NCBI GenBank assembly: GCA_020353515.1
Contig: CP070695.1
Span: forward strand, 666,843-730,842
DNA length: 64,000 nucleotides
Reading direction: 5' to 3'
DNA from: Candidatus Heimdallarchaeota archaeon
Lineage (GTDB): Archaea; Asgardarchaeota; Heimdallarchaeia; Hodarchaeales; Hodarchaeaceae
This document shows positions 9,170 through 18,130 of the stretch, piece after piece (the first letter of the stretch is position 1; each line of letters begins with the position of its first letter). Both the position numbers and the translations under genes were made by a program. The notes under the pieces were generated by a model, which saw only the letters and a program-made list of their open reading frames with translations, searched no databases and was not told the origin of the DNA.

Positions 9170-10360
9170 TCATGAAAAGAAAGATTGAATTCGTGTGCCA
9201 GCTTCTCGGATATCTTCTTGATTTAAAAATCCATAAGACACACGCACATGATCTGGAGTTGCGGTTCCAAATTCTGATCCTGGAACGACAACTATCTGAC
9301 ATTCCTCTAAAAGACACTCTGAGAATTTTGTTCCATTCATCCCAAGTCCACTGACATCAGGATAAATGTAAAAAGCGCCAAGGGGATTATAATCTACTTT
9401 TATTCCATCTACAGAAGTGAAAGCCTTAATAGTCTCTGTTCGTCTTTTAGTAAGCTCTTCCATCATTGAATTTCGGATAGAGGAGGGAGAATCCAGAGCT
9501 ATTTTGGCAGCTATTTGAGCTGGGCTATTTGCACAAGCTGTATTATATTGATGAACTAATGAAATAGAAGAAAGGATTTCAGGGGGAGCTAGAACATAAC
9601 CAATCCGAAAACCAGTCATACAATAAGTCTTGGAAAAAGATGAAATGATAATCACGTTATCATAGTCAATTTCTGCTGCACAGGTGTGTTGATGACCATT
9701 ATAGGTAATAGCCTCGTATGCTTCGTCAGATATTACGAGTATTCCTTTATCTGAAGCAATTTCTACAACTGCTTTGATTTGTTCACGAATCATTACACTT
9801 CCAGTAGGATTACAAGGGAAGTTCAGAACAAGAGCTTTGGTTTTAGAGTTAATAGTTTCATTCACTGCGTCTGCTTCTAGCTCAAAATTGTTATTCAAAG
9901 GAATTGGTTTTACTTTACCCCCGGCGAGTCTAATCTGAGCAGCATAATAACCGAAAGTAGGATCTTGGATAAGAATTTCATCACCAGGCTCAACATAGGC
10001 AATAAATGTATCGATCAAAGCTTCTAAGCAACCTGAGGTTACTACTACTTGGTTTGGTGAATAATCAAGATGATATTTGGCTTTATATCTTTCAACTATT
10101 GCCTCTCGTAATTCTTGAAGGCCTGCATTTGGAGAGTAACGATGAGAAACGGGATCATCAAGAGCAATTTTCAGTCGGTCGATGATTTCAGGCATAGTCG
10201 GGATATTTAGGTTTCCAAGCCCAAAAGAGAGAATCTTATGTGAGGTGGATTTAGCAATTTTGTGCTCCAATTCAAACAGTTTTCTCAATCCTGATGGGCG
10301 GATTCGTGACATACGACTGGCAGATCGTTTAGGATTACGAGACTTCTTCTCTACTGTCAT
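9170..10360 (-). CDS. Class I/II PLP-dependent aminotransferase (aspartate aminotransferase-like)
   Basis: NFPCNPTG, SDEAY, SFSKTYCMTGFRIGY motifs. Confidence 0.92.
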   Translation of the reverse strand: MTVEKKSRNPKRSASRMSRIRPSGLRKLFELEHKIAKSTSHKILSFGLGNLNIPTMPEIIDRLKIALDDPVSHRYSPNAGLQELREAIVERYKAKYHLDYSPNQVVVTSGCLEALIDTFIAYVEPGDEILIQDPTFGYYAAQIRLAGGKVKPIPLNNNFELEADAVNETINSKTKALVLNFPCNPTGSVMIREQIKAVVEIASDKGILVISDEAYEAITYNGHQHTCAAEIDYDNVIIISSFSKTYCMTGFRIGYVLAPPEILSSISLVHQYNTACANSPAQIAAKIALDSPSSIRNSMMEELTKRRTETIKAFTSVDGIKVDYNPLGAFYIYPDVSGLGMNGTKFSECLLEECQIVVVPGSEFGTATPDHVRVSYGFLNQEDIREAGTRIQSFFS

Positions 10361-10512
10361 TCTATTTGCCTAATCCTTTGTATTTTTATGAAAAAAAGAA
10401 TCTTAATAATGAAAAGGAGATGATAATGAAAAACTTGTGTTTCATAACTGTTTGCTGAAAGACATGAATAGTTCCTTAAGTCTTTCTTTTTATTTCGTAC
10501 AATTGTGATAAA

Positions 10513-11148
10513 ATGTTATCATTTCCAAAAATAATTCTTGCCTCCCAATCCCCAGCTCGTGCAAAGGTGTTAGGGCAGATTCAAATTCCTTTCCTTGCTA
10601 TCCCAAGTAAAATTGATGAAAATAGTGATGAGAATAAGACCGTAGATCCCCAAAAGTATGTATTACGAATTTCCCAGAAAAAAGTTACCAGTGTTGCCAT
10701 TCAACAGCAATATGAACAAAAAAATTATGTTATTGTAGGATGTGATACAGTGGTCGTGAGTTCTTCGAACACGATCATTGGAAAACCTAAGAATCGGGAG
10801 GAAGCAGCTTTTGTATTACGAATCTTATCTGGGGATTCACATACGGTCATAACTGGTTGTACTATTGTCATTTATCCAGATAAAGTCAAATATCAGACTG
10901 TAGTTTCTACAGTAGTTAATTTTAGGACACTTGTAGACGAAGAGATAAATTATTACTTGGAAAAAGGTGAATGGAAAAATAAAGCAGGAGGTTATGCCAT
11001 TCAGGGCTTAGGTGCTATATTAATAGATAAAATAGAAGGAGATTACTACAACATTGTAGGTTTACCTGTAAGTTGGATTTGGCAGACCCTTTGGAACCAT
11101 TACGGAAAAAAGCTTCTTCTAATAAAGAAAGAAATAGATAAGAGGTAA
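10513..11148 (+). CDS. maf: Maf-family nucleoside triphosphate pyrophosphatase
   Basis: IILASQSPAR, GCDTVV, GKP, KAGGYAIQG, GDYYNIVGLP. Confidence 0.93.
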   Translation: MLSFPKIILASQSPARAKVLGQIQIPFLAIPSKIDENSDENKTVDPQKYVLRISQKKVTSVAIQQQYEQKNYVIVGCDTVVVSSSNTIIGKPKNREEAAFVLRILSGDSHTVITGCTIVIYPDKVKYQTVVSTVVNFRTLVDEEINYYLEKGEWKNKAGGYAIQGLGAILIDKIEGDYYNIVGLPVSWIWQTLWNHYGKKLLLIKKEIDKR

Positions 11149-11165
11149 AACTTTCTGATTTGATG

Positions 11166-11444
11166 TCAAGCTGCATTTGTTGTCTGAACATGAAACAATG
11201 ACGTTCGCATATCACTAAAGTTTGCGACTTTTGTGACTAAACCAATTCCAATCAACTTTTTCAGAGCATTCCGAATGGTTCGATCAGAATATGTACATCT
11301 TTTCTCCAGATCTCCTGATGTTAAAGGTCCCTCTTGTGATAATATCTCAAAAATTCTCTTTGCACTCTGAGGCAAAGGTATTGAATCGATTATAGACGAA
11401 ATAACGCCTTTATTTTCTTCATCATCTAACAGAATTTGCATCAA
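11166..11444 (-). CDS. Small winged-helix transcriptional regulator
   Basis: LPQSAKRIFEILSQEGPLT..DL....YSDRTIRNALKKLIGIGLV, then a D.R wing. Confidence 0.85.
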   Translation of the reverse strand: MMQILLDDEENKGVISSIIDSIPLPQSAKRIFEILSQEGPLTSGDLEKRCTYSDRTIRNALKKLIGIGLVTKVANFSDMRTSLFHVQTTNAA

Positions 11445-11523
11445 ATTCTTTTTTCACCAATTATATCTTTTTTAAGTGGAATATGAGCAGAACCAACGTC
11501 AAATAGTAGGATTGATTTGCTTT

Positions 11524-11576
11524 GTTTGTGATGTTGCTTTAGTTGTTTGTGTTGTTGCTTGTGTTGGTCTTGTTGC
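11524..11576 (-). repeat. Three imperfect 14-bp direct repeats just downstream of a TATA box (candidate operator)
   Basis: On +: gtttgtgatgttgc (11524-37), gtttgtgttgttgc (11545-58), gttggtcttgttgc (11563-76); minus-strand TTTAAATA at about 11583-11590. Confidence 0.6.
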
Positions 11577-11741
11577 GCGACATATTTAAACCTTTGCATC
11601 AATTTGAAAATCGTTTTTTTTAAGAGGAAATTGTAGTTCTTACCAAGAAAAGTCAAAGGAGTACTACAAAATAAGTGGAAAAAAAACAGGTAAGAGATTG
11701 CTTAAGAAATCCTCATAAAAATCGATATCATTTAAGTTAAG

Positions 11742-12048
11742 TGGAACAGACCAGAACTTCGGGGCTTCCACACTAGTTCGGTTGAACTTGATGGTACTTA
11801 AGACCCGAGCCCGAAAAGCATAACCCCTCGGTCTTAGGGCTGTTCATTCCCATGCCTGACCCGTTTTAACCTTGCATTCTTATTCCTCTCTCCAGAGGAA
11901 TCTCAGCAAGAGGTCACCTAGTCGGAGGATCTCTCATTGCACTTATCAAGGAGCCTTACTAGGCTTAGGCATCTCGGTTCTGGGATTAAGCTCGTCATAT
12001 AGCGTTACGATATAGCTGAGCCGCTATCCTCAGCCGCCTACTGTTCCA
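11742..12048 (-). ncRNA. ffs: Archaeal signal recognition particle RNA (7S RNA)
   Basis: 307 nt; terminal helix 1 tggaacag/ctgttcca; helix 6 ttcctct-GGAG-agaggaa; helix 8 gggUCAGGcau-GGGA-augAACAGccc; long helix 5 pairing; TATA about 25 nt upstream. Confidence 0.92.
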
Positions 12049-12068
12049 TGTAGTTTGTCTTTTGCACC

Positions 12069-12078
12069 TTTATAAATA
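12069..12078 (-). promoter_or_regulatory. TATA box of the SRP RNA gene
   Basis: Minus-strand TATTTATAAA about 21-30 nt upstream of the predicted 5' end (12048). Confidence 0.65.
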
Positions 12079-12295
12079 TCGCCCCTTGTAAATAGGTGGG
12101 TTTCTCTGCGAGTTATCTACAGCTATTGTAGAAGCTTTTTTGCTTTACCGAAGTTAATTAAATAATGAGTTTAATATCCATTTAAGAAAAAGCTTAGGAA
12201 AGATTAAATAAATTCAGAGAAGAGATGGTAATAAGGTTCACTCATCAAATCTTAAGCTGACGATTATAATTTTAACAAAATTTGGTTGATTTTTC

Positions 12296-12790
12296 TTGGC
12301 CCTTTCCAATAATACTTCAAAGAAATCGAAAACTGGGCTTCGACAGGTATTGATTGACATCGTGAATTCTCTCGATGGTATCTACTCTGGTTTTTGTGTC
12401 GATACAGACGGCCTCTTAATCGAAGAAGTAAATCTTGAAGCCACAATGGGGAAAGAAAGTAGCCTTATCCTTTGTTCACTTGTAGCTGGCATTCAATCAA
12501 ACATGGATATCATAGGTCATGAGATTGGAAGTTCCCCTTGGGTCTCTTTTACTGCTGAAAGCAGCAATTACAAATTTTTTTTACGAGCAATTGGCCAGGT
12601 TGCCTTTTTAGGCGTATTAACCGATCCATATGTGGATCTCGAGCTGTTGAAGTTAATAATTGGACCGGCTGTAGATTCGATATTACAAATAATTCAACAG
12701 TGGTCTCCACTAAAGCGCCCTCAAACACAATTTTCCTCTTTATCTATTACTAGAGAAGACTTAGATAAAATGCTATCAATGAAGAAGTGA
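12296..12790 (+). CDS. Roadblock/LC7 (MglB-like) domain protein
   Basis: GIYSGFCVDTDGLLIE motif; roadblock beta/alpha pattern with C-terminal extension. Confidence 0.75.
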   Translation: MALSNNTSKKSKTGLRQVLIDIVNSLDGIYSGFCVDTDGLLIEEVNLEATMGKESSLILCSLVAGIQSNMDIIGHEIGSSPWVSFTAESSNYKFFLRAIGQVAFLGVLTDPYVDLELLKLIIGPAVDSILQIIQQWSPLKRPQTQFSSLSITREDLDKMLSMKK

Positions 12791-12811
12791 ATTACTCTGG
12801 CTAAACCTCCT

Positions 12812-13108
12812 GTGCGTGATTCGAAGATTCCTTGTCCTAATTGTAAAAAAGGAACCCTTTTTTGGAACCCTGAAGAGAAATTATACGTTTGTACAGAATG
12901 TGGAATTCAGGAAGCCGCATTAAAAACATGGATTAGTGCTGCAGAGCATCGTCAGAAAATAAAACAACGAAAACGTGAAAAAGAACGTCAATGGGCATTA
13001 AATATTCTAGGGGTAAAAGACCAACTAAAATCTCCCAAAAAAACAAAACAAGAACAAGAGTGGGATGAACTAATCGAAATGATTAAGAAAAAAGAGTCTA
13101 AATCTTAA
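12812..13108 (+). CDS. Zinc-ribbon protein with basic helical tail
   Basis: CPNC...LYVCTECG (TFIIB-like ribbon) followed by a K/R/E-rich helix. Confidence 0.65.
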   Translation: MRDSKIPCPNCKKGTLFWNPEEKLYVCTECGIQEAALKTWISAAEHRQKIKQRKREKERQWALNILGVKDQLKSPKKTKQEQEWDELIEMIKKKESKS

Positions 13109-13348
13109 AAAAAGTGGGGCTTCATTGAAGCGTTGATTCTCTTTCATTTTTTGAGAAGGAAAATAATGATTTTTCTCCAGATTAAACTTGATTTATAATT
13201 ATAGAACATAATAACGTTTAATCTTCGATTAATTTGTAAAATCGAAGATAATTTGAAAAGACTTAATTAAAGCATTAAGAATCTTAAGTATGATAATGAA
13301 CTCACCTCTTAAACTGAGGAGTCTTTTCAATTCAGTCTTTACAAACAA

Positions 13349-14668
13349 ATGGTGAGCCCAAGAATCATGGAAACATTCGATAGGCGAGGAGACATTCCTA
13401 TTCATTTTTTCTTAGCCCTTATTGTCTTTGATGAAGAACATGGACCTGTCTTAAACTCTTATTTGACTCATGGGTTAAAAATTCCGAAAATAATACTTCA
13501 GGGGGTTACAACTACTCTATTTACAATGGCTATTGGAGTCGGTGAACCAACAGGAGAACCTGAGACAGCAATTATTCCAATAAATGTCACAGGAATCCAA
13601 GGCCGCATATTGATTCACTCATTTGTAATTGATGATCCAGAAGCGAGAGGAAGAAATCGGATTGAAAGCTTCATGTTGTTTATTCCTCGGGCTCATCAGG
13701 ATAAATTGTTACAACACTCCTTAGCCTTCTCAAACATTCTACAAGAGGCCATCCATGAAAAAAAATATTTTATAAATAACAGTAAGCAAGAAATTTATTC
13801 CTTGGATAATGTTTTTGAAAATATCAAGAAAATACTATTAACTAAAATCGATAATACCCTTCAAGATCGAATCAGTGATATTTGTACCGATAAAGAAACT
13901 GTATTAGTTTCTGATGGAACCATCAGAGCTGTACATAACATAATTTTGTCTCCAGATATAATTTCATTAGTGAATAAAATCCCTTCACTCATACAAGATT
14001 ATGAGGATGAGCTTAAAACATTTGGAACCTTTTTTGATGCACTTCCCATCGAAATTCATGGAAAAACTTATAGTAATCACCAATTTTATATGGTATACAT
14101 TAGAAATAACTTCATAATCGCCTTTAGTTCAGGTAAAGGGCGTCTAGGAAGTCTGTTTAGAAACTTCCGTGAAATTCTTTGGAATCTAAGCTTGCAGAGT
14201 AATCTTTCTTCACAATCTTCAATATCACGATACTCAACAACAATCAAAAATGAAAGTGAGCTATTTCCTCAAAATCAGTTTTTAGACAAGAGTTTTCAAC
14301 TATTAAAGAGTTTTCAGCCAATTATTACAGATGTATCTCTTTCACGTTGTAATATGAATGTAGTAGAGACACTTCGTACAAGTTCTAATCGCATTGTAAA
14401 AAAACACGCTTTAATTTGCCAAATCTTTGAAGCTATTAACAATATTTGTTCACGCTTATTCCGAACAGATTTGGTTCAGGTAGTTTTATCTCAACATGGG
14501 ACAAATGCTATTGCATTAAAGTGGGCAACCAATAGTGAGGATGATACTTCTTTATTTATGGTTGGTGACTCCACTAAGGGAGTTGGGTTATTAAAACTTG
14601 TTGGTGAACAAGTCTTAGAATACAGAGGAAAACCTGACTCGTACACTAATATCACACCTGATTTATGA
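13349..14668 (+). CDS. uDENN/folliculin-like longin protein with C-terminal roadblock-like modules
   Basis: FDEEHGP longin start; HSFVIDDPEARGRNR resembles the folliculin/SMCR8 D..ARG..R motif; later VLVSDGTI and KGRLGSL / KGVGLLKL roadblock-like segments. Confidence 0.6.
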   Translation: MVSPRIMETFDRRGDIPIHFFLALIVFDEEHGPVLNSYLTHGLKIPKIILQGVTTTLFTMAIGVGEPTGEPETAIIPINVTGIQGRILIHSFVIDDPEARGRNRIESFMLFIPRAHQDKLLQHSLAFSNILQEAIHEKKYFINNSKQEIYSLDNVFENIKKILLTKIDNTLQDRISDICTDKETVLVSDGTIRAVHNIILSPDIISLVNKIPSLIQDYEDELKTFGTFFDALPIEIHGKTYSNHQFYMVYIRNNFIIAFSSGKGRLGSLFRNFREILWNLSLQSNLSSQSSISRYSTTIKNESELFPQNQFLDKSFQLLKSFQPIITDVSLSRCNMNVVETLRTSSNRIVKKHALICQIFEAINNICSRLFRTDLVQVVLSQHGTNAIALKWATNSEDDTSLFMVGDSTKGVGLLKLVGEQVLEYRGKPDSYTNITPDL

Positions 14669-14683
14669 TGAGGAGAACGGTTC

Positions 14684-16069
14684 TTGGAAGTAGCAGTAGA
14701 TCTACATGCTCATTCGGTCTTTGCTGGTGGAACTCAAGCTCTTGCGATAACACCAGAGAAAAAGAGTATAAACCAGAAAAAAGCTATTTCTCATTTAACA
14801 AAGACAAACCAAACAATGCCCTTAAAGGGTATCGATTTAATCGGTACAGGTGACTGTCAATTCACCTTATGGACAGAAATTCTTAAGGAAATTCTCTCTG
14901 AAGATACGGATGGAATATTTTTCCTTCAAAATAAAAGACAGACACGCTTTTTACTACAAACTGAAATGATATTTACTGCGAAAATGGGTAAATACTCAAA
15001 AGAAACACATGTTATTTTTCTTTTTCCAAATTTTCCTTTAGTAGAAGAATTTCGAGCATTACTGGACGGATGGAGGGTTAAACACCAGAAAATGGCGAGA
15101 CCATTCATTCCATGCCAATCCTCTAGTCAGGTTGCAGAACGTATTCACTCCATATTAGATTTAAATCCTTGGGTGGAGGCTATTCCCTCGCATATTATGA
15201 CACCGCAGGGTGTTTTTGGATCTGGTAAGGGAAATATTCGAGTTAATCATCTAGTTGACTTTTTTGATTCAGTTACATCAAGATTGAAAATTTTTGAAAC
15301 TGGACTATCAGCTGATCCAGAATTTTTGAGATTAATTCCAGAATTAGATGATAAAGTGTTAATTTCAAATTCTGATGCTCATTCAAGTGCCTTACATCGA
15401 ATGGGACGGGAATATACTGTATTATCTACCTCGAGAATTGCCTATAAGAGTATCATTTCAGCTTTACGTAATAATCATGTTCTATACACTGCTGAATTTC
15501 CCCCAGAAGAGGGACGGTTTTTTCTCACAGGTCACCGAGCTGGGAGGAAACGACCAGGTTTTCATGGTGAAAGTGATTACTGTTACTTTTCTCCTCAGCA
15601 TGTTCCTTCAAACGATGTCTGCCCAATCTGCAATAAATCTCTCACAATAGGTGTATTCCAGAGGTGTGTTGAGATTAGCCAAGCTCAAGAAGGAAAGAGA
15701 GAACTAGGAGATGTTATTTCCCCCAGGAAATTCATTCGTATGGTACCTTTGATAGATATATTGAGTCATGTACTAGAAATAAAAACAAAGACAGCAAAAT
15801 CTTTAGTCAACAAATATCGTCAGATTATTAACATTATAGGGCCTGAACGAATGTTATGGCAATTGACTTCTGAGGATGTTGAATCTATGCTGAATGGCCA
15901 TATAGAAAAGCCCATACTGAAGGCAATCCTCGAAGTTAAAGCTGGGGATTTCACATTTAAACCATATGGGTTTGATGGAGTTTATGGTACTTTAGTAATT
16001 GGCCAGAGGGGAAATTATAAAAATGTTAATGTGATTCATTCTTCAAAACCAATTCAACAAACACTTTAA
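14684..16069 (+). CDS. Endonuclease Q-family PHP-domain protein
   Basis: DLHAHS, GTGD, PSHIMTP, ETGLSADP, NSDAHS...MGRE, C..CPIC zinc site, GFDGVYG. Confidence 0.85.
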   Translation: MEVAVDLHAHSVFAGGTQALAITPEKKSINQKKAISHLTKTNQTMPLKGIDLIGTGDCQFTLWTEILKEILSEDTDGIFFLQNKRQTRFLLQTEMIFTAKMGKYSKETHVIFLFPNFPLVEEFRALLDGWRVKHQKMARPFIPCQSSSQVAERIHSILDLNPWVEAIPSHIMTPQGVFGSGKGNIRVNHLVDFFDSVTSRLKIFETGLSADPEFLRLIPELDDKVLISNSDAHSSALHRMGREYTVLSTSRIAYKSIISALRNNHVLYTAEFPPEEGRFFLTGHRAGRKRPGFHGESDYCYFSPQHVPSNDVCPICNKSLTIGVFQRCVEISQAQEGKRELGDVISPRKFIRMVPLIDILSHVLEIKTKTAKSLVNKYRQIINIIGPERMLWQLTSEDVESMLNGHIEKPILKAILEVKAGDFTFKPYGFDGVYGTLVIGQRGNYKNVNVIHSSKPIQQTL

Positions 16070-16112
16070 TCTGCTGTTTATTTTTCTAACAAGTAAAGAT
16101 TTCAGTTAATAA

Positions 16113-17384
16113 ATGAGGATGATCATGGTTCAGATACCTGCAAATCAAGAACTCTGTCTTCGGTGCAAAGCAGGTAAATTTCTATGTGGTCTTCATTACT
16201 GTCCAATCATCCTCAAAACGAAAGCTTTGTTGCCTGTTAGGAGGATGTTGCCCAAATTAAAAAGTAGGAAGGAATATTATGGTCCTAGTCCTCCCAGTTT
16301 ATTTGTCGGAAGGTTTGGCTATCCAAATGTTAGATTAGGTCCTATGGCGGCATTAAACTGGGAAGGAATTCATTTGATAGATGAACCTGATCTTTGGAAG
16401 ACAAATATGACATTGGAAGACGTTGTGAATCTTCGAGCTCAAATGTTTCGATTTATGGCTGAACCAGTGAAAGTTACGGATGTGACATCTTCAACCAAAA
16501 TCCTAGAAATCACACAGGAACAAATCCAATCTTCCTCACCAGTTGACTTGGAAGTAAAGTTCTCTAAGAAACCTAGGTTAAACTTAAATTTCAATCAATT
16601 TACCCAACCAATGGGTACTCGCATTAGAATAGACTCCATCCAATTGACTACCACACCTAAGATCGATCACCAGGTAGATCGTGTTGTAAGCGATTCTGAT
16701 CTGAATGCTGTCTCAGCAGTTACAAAACTATACACAACGGAAGCTACAGTTACTCAAATTTCAAGAATACTATCTGCTGGCTTGTTAGGTTTGACTAGAA
16801 GTCGGAAATTGGTTCCAACAAGATGGAGTATCACAGCTGTTGACGATATGACTGGAAATTATCTCAGGAGGAAAATTCAAGATTATCCTGAGATCATGGA
16901 TTATTTGGTTTTTCATAACTCCTATTTGGATAACGATTTCTGGGTTCTATTTATTCCTGGACGTGAATGGCATTTTGATTATCATGAGGCTTGGAAACAA
17001 AAAAGTGCTTGGAATTTAACTGGATCTGCTCCATATATCGCAACAGATACAGAAGGTCCTAAAGGACGAACATCCTATGCAACCAATACCGTCGGAGGGT
17101 ACTATGCAGCAAGATTAGCAGTACTGGAGAAATTGTTTCAGCTAAGACGAAAAGCTGCAGTTATTGCTTTTAGAGAAGTGGGAAAAGGGTATGCGATTCC
17201 ATTAGGCGTTTGGGCAGTTCGCGAAAACATGCGACAGGCACTTAGAAACCCAAGTAAAAAATTTCCTAGCTTAGATGCGGCATTAACATTCATTCATTCC
17301 CAACTGACGATACCTATGAAATATTATCACCAAAAAAGCCCATTACTTAAGCAAAAAACATTGGATGTATTCTTCAAGAAATAA
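16113..17384 (+). CDS. nreA: DNA repair protein NreA
   Basis: N-terminal C-x2-C...CG...CP, SPPSLFVGRFGYP, RKLVPTRWSITAVD, GGYYAARL, PLGVWAVRE; C-terminal PIP box QKTLDVFF. Confidence 0.93.
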   Translation: MRMIMVQIPANQELCLRCKAGKFLCGLHYCPIILKTKALLPVRRMLPKLKSRKEYYGPSPPSLFVGRFGYPNVRLGPMAALNWEGIHLIDEPDLWKTNMTLEDVVNLRAQMFRFMAEPVKVTDVTSSTKILEITQEQIQSSSPVDLEVKFSKKPRLNLNFNQFTQPMGTRIRIDSIQLTTTPKIDHQVDRVVSDSDLNAVSAVTKLYTTEATVTQISRILSAGLLGLTRSRKLVPTRWSITAVDDMTGNYLRRKIQDYPEIMDYLVFHNSYLDNDFWVLFIPGREWHFDYHEAWKQKSAWNLTGSAPYIATDTEGPKGRTSYATNTVGGYYAARLAVLEKLFQLRRKAAVIAFREVGKGYAIPLGVWAVRENMRQALRNPSKKFPSLDAALTFIHSQLTIPMKYYHQKSPLLKQKTLDVFFKK

Positions 17385-17740
17385 TTTCTAAAGATTAAGT
17401 ATTTTTAAAGAGTACAGAAGAAATTTTTGTGAAAAAAAGAAGGGAGGATCATGAGATGGTGAAAAAATGCCCCCAACTCTTAATCCCTGATTTATACTTC
17501 ATTTTATTTTTAATCACACTATTTTTTTATTAAAAGCACCCCAATTTTCCGATTGAATACATTCCATCAATTTAATCAGTTGTTGTGATTAATTTTTCAC
17601 CAATTTATTCTACTGGTACTAATTTATAATATAATTAAGACACTTCTATTGACCACTAAAAATAAGAAGAATTACTTATTATTGTATAGAGAAATTTAAA
17701 TATGATGACATTGAAGTAGGTACCATTGGTGTAAATTCCC

Positions 17741-18097
17741 GTGAGTTATTATGAATCTCTTTCTGCAGCCATCACTCGATATTATGTATTCAGCGGTCTT
17801 TTTCGAGAGGGTGATGAACAAATGACTTTTGAAATTGCTGATGCGAATTTGATTGAGGTGGGTCAGACTGTGGAGAAAGAATTCGCAGGAAGCGCTCGAG
17901 CTTTCTTTATTGAACTAGATAACTTCGATAACGAGACATATCAATGTGAAATTATCATTGGTTTTACAATTTGGCCGTATGAAGATGATGAAAACGAAGA
18001 AAAACTCATATTAGATAGTGTACGAGAGGAGCTTGAGAAAGTTGGCTTTGTAGAAGATGACGCATATTATTTGGGGGATGGACCTGATAGACGATAA
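17741..18097 (+). CDS. Small acidic hypothetical protein
   Basis: 118-aa ORF, very acidic, preceded by TATA-like tttaaata; no family recognised. Confidence 0.6.
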   Translation: MSYYESLSAAITRYYVFSGLFREGDEQMTFEIADANLIEVGQTVEKEFAGSARAFFIELDNFDNETYQCEIIIGFTIWPYEDDENEEKLILDSVREELEKVGFVEDDAYYLGDGPDRR

Positions 18098-18130
18098 TAT
18101 TTCTTGTGATTATCCCTCAAAATAGACTCC

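Noticed and set aside
11524-11576. CRISPR array
   Set aside because: Repeats are 14 bp with 4-7 bp gaps, there are no spacers and no cas genes
11441-11656. 71-aa Q/H/K-rich ORF
   Set aside because: Its composition is just the translation of the CA-rich repeats, and it spans the TATA box of the downstream gene
11742-12048. RNase P RNA
   Set aside because: No GAGGAAAGUCC-type P4 motifs; the helix 6 and helix 8 signatures identify SRP RNA instead
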